DNA of 64,000 nt from Eledone cirrhosa (taxonomy: Eukaryota), in NCBI GenBank assembly GCA_964016885.1, contig OZ024740.1:353958001-354022000 (forward strand). Reading direction: 5' to 3'. Shown here one piece after another: positions 36,581-48,326 of the stretch (the stretch's first letter is position 1; the number at the start of each line of letters is the position of its first letter). Under the pieces are notes generated by a model that saw only the letters and a list, made by a program, of their open reading frames with translations, was not told the origin of the DNA and did not search any database. Made by a program: the position numbers and the translations under genes.

Positions 36581-36893
36581 AAATCCCCCAAAATACAAAA
36601 AAGGAAACACAAAAAGAAAAAAAAAACTCAACAAAGCACAAAATCACCCACAATGAAAAACGCAGACACCACCCACGCAAACACCTCTCCAATAACACCT
36701 GTTTTTTAAGAGGTCACGCAGCCACTTTCAATGGCTGACTTAACACACGTGTTTTTTCTCCTCAGACATATTCCGTTCTTTTCTCTTCTCCCTCTCTATC
36801 TAATCTTTTCCTATTATATCAAGCTTAAACTAATATGTTCCTTTATTTTACTGTATTGTTTGCTCTATACCAGTGTCACCAGACACTTTAGAA

Positions 36894-37234
36894 CAGAAAC
36901 AGAAGTTCTCTAACTGTTTGCACCCTCCATGACTTCGTAATAACTTCAGCGCCCCCAAACCTATTTACAGAGACTTTCCTACACACAAATTGTAAATGAT
37001 ATATAATAAATAAAATCGCTAATTTATATATAATATGTACAAATAAATATTATACATATTTTTCTTTACTATTGTTATATATATGTATTATTTGATATTT
37101 AATATATTATTATATCATATGTATACAATACTATAATGATATTATAAATAAGAAATTCATAGCGCCCCCCAGTGCCCCGCTGGACCTACTTAACGCCACT
37201 CGGGGAGCAGTAGCGCCCACATGGAGAACCTCTG
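36894..37234. mobile_element. hAT-type MITE
   Basis: TIR CAGAAGTTCTC (after a 6-bp stutter) / GAGAACCTCTG; 8-bp TSD CTTTAGAA at 36886-36893 and 37235-37242. Confidence 0.8.
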
Positions 37235-37282
37235 CTTTAGAAGATGGCCTATATAGTATATAGGCTATCTTAGTATGGAAAC

Positions 37283-37380
37283 AAACCTGCACTCGTTCAT
37301 GATCGGGGTAAGTTGATATACAGTATAGTATATACTATACTGCATATCAACTTACACCGATTATGAACGGGTGCAGGTTT
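37283..37380. repeat. 98-bp loopless palindrome (4 mismatches)
   Basis: aaacctgcac.cgttcat.atcgg.gtaagttgatat.cagtatagtat|atactatactg... Confidence 0.92.
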
Positions 37381-37932
37381 TTTTTGTTTTTAATCGAAAT
37401 AGGTCGAGGGTGAGTGAAGATTGAGAAACACTGCTCTATACTAATCCTTCATCATCAAACTGTAAACTCACAGGAATTCCTTTCACAACTCTACCTTCTT
37501 ACTACAGGTATCGACTGATGTTAGAGCTAAACATTAACAATATTTATCATACCAGTTTCAGAGGACTTGTGAAGATCACGGACACAGCTAATTACAATTG
37601 ACTTAAAACATGAAAAAATTTAAACTTTACCTTGTTTAGGGGTAATATCTTCCAATTATCCAATAAAGGACTTCTGAAAAAATCTGATCCAAGCTTTTGA
37701 TAGCATTTACGAATATATTCAAAATTAGGATATATGAAAGTATACAGCGGGAGACAATTACTTTCAGCCTTTAAAAGATAAACTTTAATCCATCCATCAT
37801 CTGAAAATACCTAAATATATATATATATAAAGTGACGAAACATAAGTCAATTGTATGAACACACAAATCCATACAGATGCGTATATATATGTATGTACAC
37901 ACAAGTGCGTATATATGTACAAAAGAGGACCC

Positions 37933-38367
37933 TTTAGGAAATAAATATCGGTGCACATGCAACATAATATAAAAGACAAAGAGTACTGGTGTGTGTGTGT
38001 GATAAAGTTTTACTTCATAGAAGTCAAAGGTGTATAAGGTAAAGGGTTGTTACCCGATGGCAATAATACCATTCTGAAGTTGGTAGAAATGTCTTGGCGC
38101 TCTCATCTCAGGCTGGTGAGCTGCATGGTGCTTGGTAACGAAAGGGTCGTCCAGCAAGAATCACCAGCTATGGTCGAAGATGTTACCACCTCAGGAATCA
38201 GGAGGCGAGAGAGAGATTTCGCGGTTAATCGCTCCTTTTATCTCTGTTGACCGGAAGTGACCACTAGGGAGTTTGGTCAATCCCACCAAAGGGAAGCAAC
38301 TCCACCTACTTCCTGTCTAGAGAACAGCGATTCTATTGTCGTGGCAGGGGAGGCAACTCTTACTACA
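37933..38367 (-). repeat. 3' LTR
   Basis: Matches 43564-43995 with about 6 substitutions and one 3-bp indel (counted by eye). Confidence 0.96.
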
Positions 38368-39149
38368 GTATCCCCCGCCAGATTTTTAAAACATAAAAAA
38401 TCGAAAGAAGCATGCATGGAGTAAGATGGCGAGCATGTAAGAGGCATGAAAAGTATGGTACAGAGTAATGGAAGTAAGAAAAGAGGTCAAAAGTTCAAAT
38501 GTACAAAATATAGTTCACAGGTGTGCAATCACATGACAGCAGGAAAGAAAGTGTGTTCCAGAGAATGAATGCAGGTGGTTTCTGTTCTGTGGTATATCGT
38601 GAAATTTCCAACCTCCGAATGGATTTTCTCACAGGAAGAGTGCTGCAAAAATAAATTCTCTGGCTTTGGTTGTTGGTGAAGCTGTGTTGATGTATTGCTG
38701 TTGCTGTTGCTGCTGCTGTATTGCTGTTGCTGCTGTATTGCTGTTGCTGTTATATTGCTGTTGCTGCTGAGTGAGCGTATTCGGTGTTTAAATTCACAGT
38801 AAAAAAAAAAATTTTCAGAAAAAATGAGTTGCGCAAAGTGCTAGAAATAGCAGCCGAAGTTGATGGTCGATGTTGAGAATGCGTTGACCTGGAAGGGTCA
38901 AGAGGCCAGCGACCAGAGAAATAAGCATTCTTAATAAATGCGCGGTTATCAACGGTAAATTTACATTGTAAATTTATAAACCGGCAAATAGAAGAATATA
39001 GCTTAAAATGTTCGTTGTAAAGGAAACGAAAAACATATATATACATCTAGTGAAATGGTAATGAGAGGTACATTGCAATACAATAAATCAATAAATAAGA
39101 ACAGCAAAAAAAAAAGAAAATATATATATATAAGGCTCCAATGGCCAGT

Positions 39150-42100
39150 TCACATAAAAATAGTTTGGCAGAACTTTTTGGGCCAGTGGACTCTCCGACC
39201 GGAACGGGTCGTAGTCTTGTATGTAGGTGAAGGTGGGGCAGAAGGAGCAGGTGTATGCACAATTGTGAAAGATTGGGGTATTTGTGGCTCGGGTGTATGA
39301 GCGTCATTGTGTGCCCTTTTCAGTCTATCCACCGAAATTGTCTCTCTGGACCCTTTAACGTCTACAGTGAAATGTTTGTCAGTGCGTGCTAACACACGGT
39401 AGGGTCCAGAGTATGGTTGTGTGAGGGGTGGTCTCACAGCATCGTTCCTTACGAACACATGGGTCCACGAGGCAATGTCCCTCGGGACCGCATGTTTTAC
39501 AGTTTGCTTCCTCGTATCCATCGGCGGCAGGTCCTGTAAATAAGAACGCAGACGGGATACGTAGGAAAGCAGATCTTGGAAAGCAAGATCAACAGGGGCA
39601 AGCATTTGCCTAGGCAACGCTAGAGGAGCACCGTAAATAAATTCGGCCGGGGAGAACCCAAGGTCCGCCTTTATTGATGACCGAATTCCTAATAACACAA
39701 TAGGAAGGTACTCGCTCCAACGTTGAGAGTCTGGATAGGCGCGAAGAGCGGCCTTTAATTGGCGGTGGAATCGTTCCACCATTCCATTTGAAGCAGGATG
39801 ATAGGCCGTGGTCCGAATCCGTTGAGCTTCAATTATTTTGGTGAGCTCAGAGAAGAGATGGGACTCGAATTGTCTACCGCGGTCTGTGGTGAGTGTAGTT
39901 GGTACCCCAAAGCGGGTAATTCACCATGATACCAGGGCACGTGCTACAGTCTCAGCAGTCATGTCTTGTAAAGGGATGGCTTCAGGCCATCGCGAAAAAC
40001 GATCGACACACGTCAATATGTAGGAATATCCACTGCTGAATGGCCAAGGTCCAACGATGTCAATGTGGATGTGTTGGAACCGGGCATCTGGAGTGGTGAA
40101 AGTACCCAGTGGAGTCCGGATGTGTCTATAGATCTTCGATTTCTGGCAAGCGATACAGGAACGGCAAAAAACAGCAATGTCGCGCCTCATATTAGGCCAG
40201 AAGAATCTGGCTGTTATGAGTTAAATTGTGGCAGCCGATCCTGGATGAGAAATGTTGTGCAGAGCCAGGAACACAATTCGACGGTGAGTCTCAGGAACAA
40301 GTGGTCGTGGTGCATCAGTGGATACATCACAAAGGATCTGCCTGTCGGTGGTGGACAAGGGCAGATATTTGAAAATGCAAGTCGCAAATTCGGTAGAAAG
40401 AGTGTCCAACGATTGGAGTGCAGGTTGGTCTGCAGCTAAACGACCTAAATCGATATCCTGGGATGACGAGATGGAGCTAATTGGCAAACGAGATAATGCG
40501 TCTGCAACTATGTTGTGCGAGCCAGCAATGTGCTGGATATCGTTTGTAAATTGTGAAACGTAGTCCAGGTGCCTTGTCTCTCTGGGCGAATATCTGTCGG
40601 CTTTGGCCCTCAAAGCGAAGGTCAACGGTTTGTGGTCGGTAAAAACCGTAAAATTTCTCCCCTCAAGGATATGAGAGAAATGTTTCACCGACAGATATAT
40701 GGCTAATAATTCCCGCCCAAACGTGCTATAACGCGTTTCTGCTGGTTTCAACTTCCTCGAGAAAAATGCCAAAGGTTGTTGGCTTTCAGCGTAAGACTGC
40801 TGTAAAACTGCACCCACAGCGGTATCAGATGCATCAACACAAAGCGAAAGCTTGGCCTCTGGTACCGGGTGGGCTAGCAAAGAAGAACTAGCGAGGGCTG
40901 TCTTGGCAGACTGGAAGTCCTGAAGCTGTCCTTGTGTCAAGGAAATGTCTTCATTCTTCTTACGACGTTTTTTTTAAATGTCAGTAAGGGAAGATAGCCA
41001 ATTAGCACAATGAGGAATGAAACGCCTATAGAAATTGATTAGGCCTAAGAAGTGACGCAACTGGTGAAGTGTAGTAGGCGGCGGTAACTCCTGTATGGCT
41101 TGAACTCGCTCAGGGAGCGGCCTTCGGCGTCGATGAGGTGGCCTAAAAAATGTAGGGAAGTGGAACCGAAAACACACTTTGCAGGATTCACGCGAACGCG
41201 GTAATCCTGAAGTCGCCGAAGTAAGAGAAGCATGTGGCGCATATGCTCTTCCGGAGAGGAACTAGCGACGAGAATATCGTCTATGTAAGCATAGACGAAG
41301 TCCAGACCACGCGTGACCTCGTCTATGAACCGCTGAAAAGTGCTAGCGGCGTTCCTGAGTCCGAAAGGCATGGTCAAAAATTCGAATGATCCGAAAGGGG
41401 TTGTAATTGCAGTTTTCGGAATATCCTCCTTCCTGACCGGAATTTGGTGGTAGGCTCGCACTAAATCTAACTTAGAAAAAATCTTACACCCCTGCAGTGA
41501 AGATGCAAAATCGTGGAGATGGGGAATGGGATACCTATCCGGGACGGTCATGGCATTTAACCTCCTATAATCCCCCGTGGGTCTCCAGTCGCCGGAAGTC
41601 TTGGGAACCATGTGTAACGGTGAAGCCCAAGGACTCGTAGATGGGCGAATAATGCCCAGCTGCAGCATATGGTCGAACTCGGACCGTGCTGCCTTTAATT
41701 TTTCCGTCGGTAAGCGGCGTGGGCGCGAAAACACTGGGGCACCGGTGGTGGAAACAAAATGTTCGGTCGAGTGTGTTGGGTCAGTGACTCGAAAATTTCC
41801 ATCCGTGAGCTCCGGGAAAGAACCCAGTAACGCATGGTAAGCGTCACCAGCGGCAGCGATAAAGAACACGGGGCTGACTATTGGGGCCTTGGCTTCCTGG
41901 CCATGAATTGAAAAGCCGGTGATGTTATCCACCAGGCGTTGGCCACGGACGTCCACAGTTAAAGAGAAGTTGTGGAGGAAATCCGCTCCTAAGATGGGAT
42001 ATGGCAAATCGGCAACCGTAAAAATCCACTTAAAATCCCTTCGAAGATTTAGGAATTTAAGAGGGAGCGAGATTTGCCCGTACGTCTTTATAGACGAGTG

Positions 42101-42295
42101 GTTAACTGCCTGCAGCGTGACAGATGACTCTATGGGGGTATCTTTCAGGCAATGGACCGGCCAGATACTACAGAAGGCTCCTGTATCCACGAGGAAACCT
42201 CTTCCGGATATTAGGTCCTTAATGAAGAAATGGCGGTTTGGTGGCTTTATGTTGAGGCCATCTGTCCCCATCAGAGGACCTCTTAAGCGTTTCCC
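39150..42295 (-). pseudogene. pol: Gypsy pol (protease, RT, RNase H, integrase) with stops/frameshifts
   Basis: [45 protein letters not shown]; split across ORFs 41045-42271, 40974-41177, 40221-40940, 39921-40190, 39150-39782. Confidence 0.93.
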
Positions 42296-43077
42296 GCCTT
42301 ATGATAGGAGCAAGGTTGCACGCAGTGCTTCGCGTTCTCCGCGAATCGCTCGTGGTACCAGCATAAGGCTGAACCAGGTGATTTGGACCGCCGTCTGAAA
42401 CTTTGCGATCTCCCGCGACTGCGGGAGCGCGAACAGCCACCACACAAGGCCTTCATCTTGTGGAGCTCCATGGTGAGCTCCTGAATGGACCTTTGCATCG
42501 CAATGATAGCCAAGCTATCTGTTGGTGCTGCCGCGTAGATCGCATGGCCGTGTGTGGCCCGAGCTGGGTGTTGAACAGCGGCGAGGGGGTCGCTGTCTCC
42601 GGCATTCGTCACCTCGAATATCTTGTCCGCCGATGAGGCAAGCTGCTCAACCGAGCTCGAATCCCTCATGGGGGCCAAAATTGCCTGTACGTTCGTCGGC
42701 AGGTGCGAAAAGAACAACTGCTTCAGCAGGGCAGTTTCCGCTGCAGACCCCTCCGTTAGGTCCTTCATCCGCCTAAGGAGGTTCGATGGTGTGCCATCCC
42801 CTATGTGCTCCAGGTGGACCAGAGCCCTAAATCTCTTCTCTGACGACTGTTCTGTCCGGCTGAGTATTTCAGCCTTCAGAGACGCGTACGACGACTCTGT
42901 CGTTGCCTCCAACACGAGGTCCTTGACCGCTGGGAGAATTGCCGGCGGAATGGCACTGAGGACCACAGAATGCTGTAGTTCCTCGTCGACTCTGTTCGCC
43001 CTGAAGAAAGCTTCTAATTGCGAGAACCACAACCTTACGTCGCCCGTGTACGTTGGCAGAACAGAGTGGGAAGCCAT
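42283..43077 (-). CDS. gag: Gypsy gag
   Basis: 264-aa ORF with [17 protein letters not shown] and C-terminal [12 protein letters not shown] motif. Confidence 0.88.
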   Translation of the reverse strand: MASHSVLPTYTGDVRLWFSQLEAFFRANRVDEELQHSVVLSAIPPAILPAVKDLVLEATTESSYASLKAEILSRTEQSSEKRFRALVHLEHIGDGTPSNLLRRMKDLTEGSAAETALLKQLFFSHLPTNVQAILAPMRDSSSVEQLASSADKIFEVTNAGDSDPLAAVQHPARATHGHAIYAAAPTDSLAIIAMQRSIQELTMELHKMKALCGGCSRSRSRGRSQSFRRRSKSPGSALCWYHERFAENAKHCVQPCSYHKAGNA

Positions 43078-43543
43078 TGGTATGCCGTAGTGATCTACCG
43101 TTTGGGAAAAATGTCTCTAAGGTAACAGTAAATGGAAACTAAAATCTTTCGTCAGAGCACTGAACCGGAAAACTAATGCATCCGGGACAGTGTGCGAACA
43201 AGCGATTACTTGAATGCTGTTATCTACGTTAATTTCGGGAGACCTAAAAACTCAACTAAAAAAAATCCAACATGGCGGACTATTTCGCGCCAAAACACTA
43301 TTTAAAGAGAAGAGAGACTCCATCTTGTCATCCTCATAAAAAAATTTTTTTTTTTTTTTTTTGCGAGAGAAGCGAAAGGCAGAAAAAGGAGAGAAAAGAG
43401 AATGGTGAAAACATTTATAGAATTGTGGTTTGTCTGCGTGTCAATAATTGTAGGTGTTATATTTTTCTCTTTTTTTTTTTTGTTTGTGTCTTATATCATA
43501 TCAGATACACCGTATACCATTTCCCATTGAAAAAAAAAATAAT

Positions 43544-43562
43544 ATCACGTCGGGGGTCACCA
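43544..43562 (-). promoter_or_regulatory. Primer binding site complementary to tRNA-Trp 3' end
   Basis: TGGTGACCCCCGACGTGAT, 1 nt after the 5' LTR. Confidence 0.85.
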
Positions 43563-43563
43563 C

Positions 43564-43995
43564 TTTAGGAAATAAATATCGGTGCACATGCAACATAATA
43601 TAAAAGACAAAGAGTACTGGTGTGTGTGTGTGATAAAGTTTTACTTCATAGAAGTCAAAGGTGTATAATGTAAAGGGTTGTCACCCGATGGCAATAATAC
43701 CATTCTGAAGTTGGTAGATATGTCTTGGCGCTCTCATCTCAGGCTGGTGAGCTGCATGGTGCTTGGTAACGAAAGGGTCGTCCAGCAAGAATCACCAGCT
43801 ATGGTCGAAGATGTTACCACTTCAGGAATCAGGAGGCGAGAGAGAGATTTCGCGGTTAATCGCTCTTTTTATCTCTGTTGACCGGAAGTGACCACTAGGG
43901 AGTTTGGTCAATCCCAAAGGGAAGCAACTCCACCTACTTCCTGTCTAGAGAACAGCGATTCGATTGTCGTGGCAGGGGAGGCAACTCTTACTACA
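43564..43995 (-). repeat. 5' LTR
   Basis: TGTAG...CCTAAA on minus strand. Confidence 0.96.
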
Positions 43996-44806
43996 ACCCC
44001 ATATTCAATTGTGGTTTTATCGACCACTATAGAAAATGAATGGTTAGGCCATTTTACTATTTTATTTACTCCAATTTAGAAATAGTATCAGAAGGCGATA
44101 GGCTGCGTTTAATGTCAATTGGATTGGAACAACAAGATCTAGTCGCAACAGTATGAACACAGAATATTTATTTATTGAAGAACATATTTTTCAATTGTGT
44201 TTGTGAATGTGAACAAGCAGAATACATTTGAACTTGTTAAGAGTACAAGGGTGTTTGCGGATAATACAATGTTACCTCTACTGGTTGTCAAGACATTATG
44301 GATGTCTAATATCCAGTTGGTAGATTAAACATAGCACTCTCTGTTTAGCCATATTTCGTGCCACGTGTCGCATGTTGGGGACAGCAAATTATTACGTGTT
44401 TCTGGTCTGAAACTATCTGCTCTACTAATTGCTTTCGGTTTTGGCACAATGCATTACTCATCCGATAGATAGCTGTATCGGATCGTTGACTGGCTAATAT
44501 TTAGGTGAGGTGAGTTAGTGCAACAGGAATCAACGCGTGTAAATTGACCTATTTATCTGTTCACTACATATTCCCTATGCTTCGATGATACCAGACTTCC
44601 CTTTGGAAGAAACAATTGTCAGCAAATAAATGTATTAAACTAAGATTTAATTGTTTTAACACTTTGTATCTCGGCTCTGTAAAACACTTGATAATTTGCA
44701 TTGAGCCTTTTGTCATACCGGTAACCGGCTAGTACTTAGTACTAGCCTCCATATTTATAATTGTATATTAAACATATATAAGTATAAATATTGTTATTAT
44801 TACTAT

Positions 44807-44991
44807 TTGGCAGTATCGGTAGAGGGCCGGATGCCATTCTTTGCAGCACAGTTACGTCCCTTTACGGATTGAGTTCAAATCCCGCCGAGGTTAACTTTGC
44901 CTTTCATCCTTACGGGGTCAATAAAATAAAGTACCAGTAATACACTGGGATAATTGCTGGCCTTGTGCTAAAAGTAGAAACAATTATTACT
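44807..44991 (+). mobile_element. SINE family A, near full length
   Basis: TGGCAGTATCGG A-box-like, GAGTTCAAATCC B-box, conserved core, TTA tail. Confidence 0.88.
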
Positions 44992-44999
44992 ATACCTGC

Positions 45000-47262
45000 G
45001 ACGAGTTCCGCACACGTGCCGAGATTGAAGGGTTCTTCCGTCGATTAAAGCTGAAAGCTTTTTTTCACGACACGCCATCATCGACACAGACGGATAACTT
45101 AACTCGTCTCAGTCACCGGCAATCACATTGGACGCCGAACTCTGGCCAGTTCAGCACCCTCGACTCCTTTGTCGATACTTTCCAGCTTACTGTGAATCGG
45201 TTCCGTTTCCACCAGCATTCTGGTCGCTCTAACATCACTCGAACTGAGCTCTCCGCTCTTCGCAACTTTCGGCGTCGCGATGACATTATCATCAAACCCG
45301 CTGACAAAGGTGACGCTGTGGTGGTTTGGAGCGCTGACCTCTATAGGGCTGAGGCTGTCCGCCAGCTTCACAATACCCATTTTTACCGCCCTTTATCCTC
45401 TGACCCTACTCCTGGCTACCAACAACTCGTGTCCTCCATCATCCACGAGCTCATCTCCTTCTCTCACCTACCCCCACAGCCACCAACATTATTGTACGCA
45501 CCTTTCGCACACCCACCATCTACTTCCTTCCCAAAATACACAAACAAAATAATCCTGGCCGTCCTATCGTTTCTGCGTACAACTGCCCCACCGAGATAAT
45601 TTCAGAATATTTAGTCACTCTCCTCGTCCCGTTGGTCGGCAATCTCCCCTCCCACATCCACGATACGAATCATGCCCTTAGACGCTTCAACTCTTTCTCC
45701 TTCCCTCCAGGTCCCTCCCGCCTTCTCTTTACCCTGGACATCACTTCTCTCTATACCGTCATCCCTCATGATGAGGGCCTCTGCAATCTCCAGCATTTTT
45801 TAGATTTACGCCCTACCTCTTACCCCAGCGCTATCACTCTTCTCCGTCTGGCTGAGCTTGTTCTCACCCTTAATGGATTTTCTTTTTCGGGTGAATTTTA
45901 CCAACAGGTCTCTGGGGTAGCGATGGGAACCAGAAAGAATCCAAACTATGCCCACTTGTTTGTTGGCTACGTCGAAGCCCAGATCTTCTCCCAGTACGCT
46001 GGACCGACTCCTGAGCTATACGGTCGTTATATCGACGACTGTATCGGCGCCACCTCTCTATCACGAGAACAGCTCGACTGTTTTCTTTCTTTTGTCCACT
46101 TTTTCCATCGTGCTCTCAATTTCACCGCCTCTGTCTACGATTCTTCTGTCGCTTTTCTAGATATCTCTCTATCTATTAATCACTCTCACCACACCCTCTC
46201 TACTTCCATCTACATTAAACCAACAGACTCTCAATATTACCTCGACTTCACCTCCTCCCATCCAACCCACACACAACACTCCATACCCTATTCCCAATTC
46301 CTCCGTCTTCGTCGACTCTGTAGCCAGGACGACGATTTCGAAACCCATTCCCTTCGCATGGCTTCCTGCTTCATCCAGCGTGGAAATCCCCCCCCCCCCA
46401 CCTTGATCCAAGCTGCTCTCACCCATGCCAGTGAAACAGACCGCACCACAGCCCTCTCACCTCACCCCCGCCCTTCCAACAACCGTGTTCCTTTCCCTCT
46501 CACCTACCACCCTACCACTCCGTTCCTTCCGTATCCTCTCTTCTGACCCCGTCACTTCTCGTTTTTTTTCCAAACCCACCCATTACTGCTTTTAAGAGCA
46601 CCCGCAACCTCCGCGACCTCCTGGTTCGCAGTTCCTTTTCGTCCTCTCCCACGACTCCACCCGGCTCTCATCCTTGTTCCCGTTCCCGCTGCAACACTTG
46701 TCCCTTTATTTCCACCCTCACCACTCTTACAGGCCCTAACGGGTCTTTCCGTATCCGCCATTCCTTCACCTGCACATCCACCCACGTTGTCTATGCCCTC
46801 CGGTGTTCCCTTTGCGGGTCTTTATATATCGGACAAACGGGACGCCGTATGGCGGACCATTTTGCCGAACACTTGAGGGACATACGACTCGGTTTGGATA
46901 CTCCTGTCGCCCGTCATTTCTGTTCTCCTGGTCATTCTTCCCTACATGTTTCAGTCCTGGGTGTCCTTTTACATCATGGATCACAGGCCTCGCGCACCAG
47001 GACTAAAAGTCTGATTCACCGCCTTGGGTCCTATTCCCCTCTTGGATTCAACTCACCTCCCCAATTTCTCTAATACTCCGTCCATTATCACACCTAGATT
47101 CCTATCGCTTTCTCTTGATCATTAGCAGCTTCTCTTACAACCAATACATGCCGATACACACCCTTATATTAACATACTTTTGCTCCTAGCTTCGTATTTA
47201 CATGCACATACACTCTTTTACTCACATATACACACACATTTCTTAGCTTCGTACAGACCCAT

Positions 47263-47305
<43 letters not shown>

Positions 47306-47641
47306 TGCTCAAGTATAGCTCTTTTTACAAAACGTTTTTTTTTCATTTCAGGTAGACGAACTCCATCATGCACTTTTCTAAAAAAACTAATCATACACAA
47401 AATGCCAGCACCAAGAGTTTTGAAAGAGATGTCAACAGGAATGGACCTGTTATTTTTATCTAAAGACATTTTTTCCAATCCACCCAGCCCATCCCCTCAA
47501 TCTATTTTATTTCTCATTCTTTCTTCTGATGAAAGCCTAGCGTCCGAAACGTTAAGACCCTCTTCCTGCTATACCATGTGTTAATCTAATATATACCTTC
47601 CATATACTGTACCGATTGTGTTGTTATTTCTGTTTACCTTT

Positions 47642-47643
<2 letters not shown>
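45000..47643 (+). mobile_element. Penelope-like element (Neptune-like), frameshifted, with 3' pseudo-LTR
   Basis: IIKPADKG, TLDITSLYT, GVAMGT, RYIDD, FLDI, KPTDS..SSHP, VVYALRC..LYIGQT..FAEH; ends at (TA)n. Confidence 0.92.
47522..47557 (+). ncRNA. Minimal hammerhead (helix II damaged)
   Basis: UCUU-CUGAUGA-aagccuagcgucc-GAAACGUUA^AGA; intact version at 34198-34233. Confidence 0.55.
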
Positions 47644-47689
<46 letters not shown>

Positions 47690-47691
<2 letters not shown>

Positions 47692-48233
47692 AAAGAATAG
47701 AGGTGTAACACACAAGTTATTATATATTGGTAAACGGAATAGAAAATGCTGACAAATTGTTCACAGTGAAAAATAGTTTAATTAGGAATAAATGAGAATT
47801 AGTAATTGTATTGGTTAGTATTCAGTTTTGGTTTTAAGTTTTACCGGTTGCGCATTTCTAAATGCTTTTCAAAAATAATTTTGAGATAGAGCGTCCGTGA
47901 TGTTTGCTCTGATCTGATTAGTTTTGGGAATTCTACCTGTTTTTAGGTAAAAAAAAGTGGCTCCAGCGCTATTAAAATTGGATTTTGCGCCAATTCGTGT
48001 TGCAAAAATTCTTGTGGTCAAAACAATTTTGATTGGTCGGTAGAGGTCATGTGAATGTAAAAAATTGATTTTGCGCCAAGACTGAGAAATGACTCTTTCA
48101 CAACAAATATGTGTGTGTGTGTGTGTGTGTGTGTGTAGTAGTAGTAGTAGTAAAGTGTTCGTTGTTGTGATAATGGTTAGCAGGGATGTGTGTGCGAACC
48201 GCAGCCTGTTGACAGTTCAAATGCCTATTAAGA

Positions 48234-48326
<93 letters not shown>

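Larger units (their letters stand above)
37933..43995 (-). mobile_element. Full-length Ty3/Gypsy LTR retrotransposon (coding region disrupted)
   Basis: LTRs 43564-43995 and 37933-38367; TSD ACCC; PBS 43544-43562; PPT 38368-38381; gag-PR-RT-RH-IN order. Confidence 0.96.

Noticed and set aside
41577-43090. Plus-strand ORFs overlapping gag/pol
   Set aside because: Antisense shadows of GC-richer coding DNA
44220-44460. Possible RT remnant (VPKPK..DSFRP)
   Set aside because: Too decayed to assign
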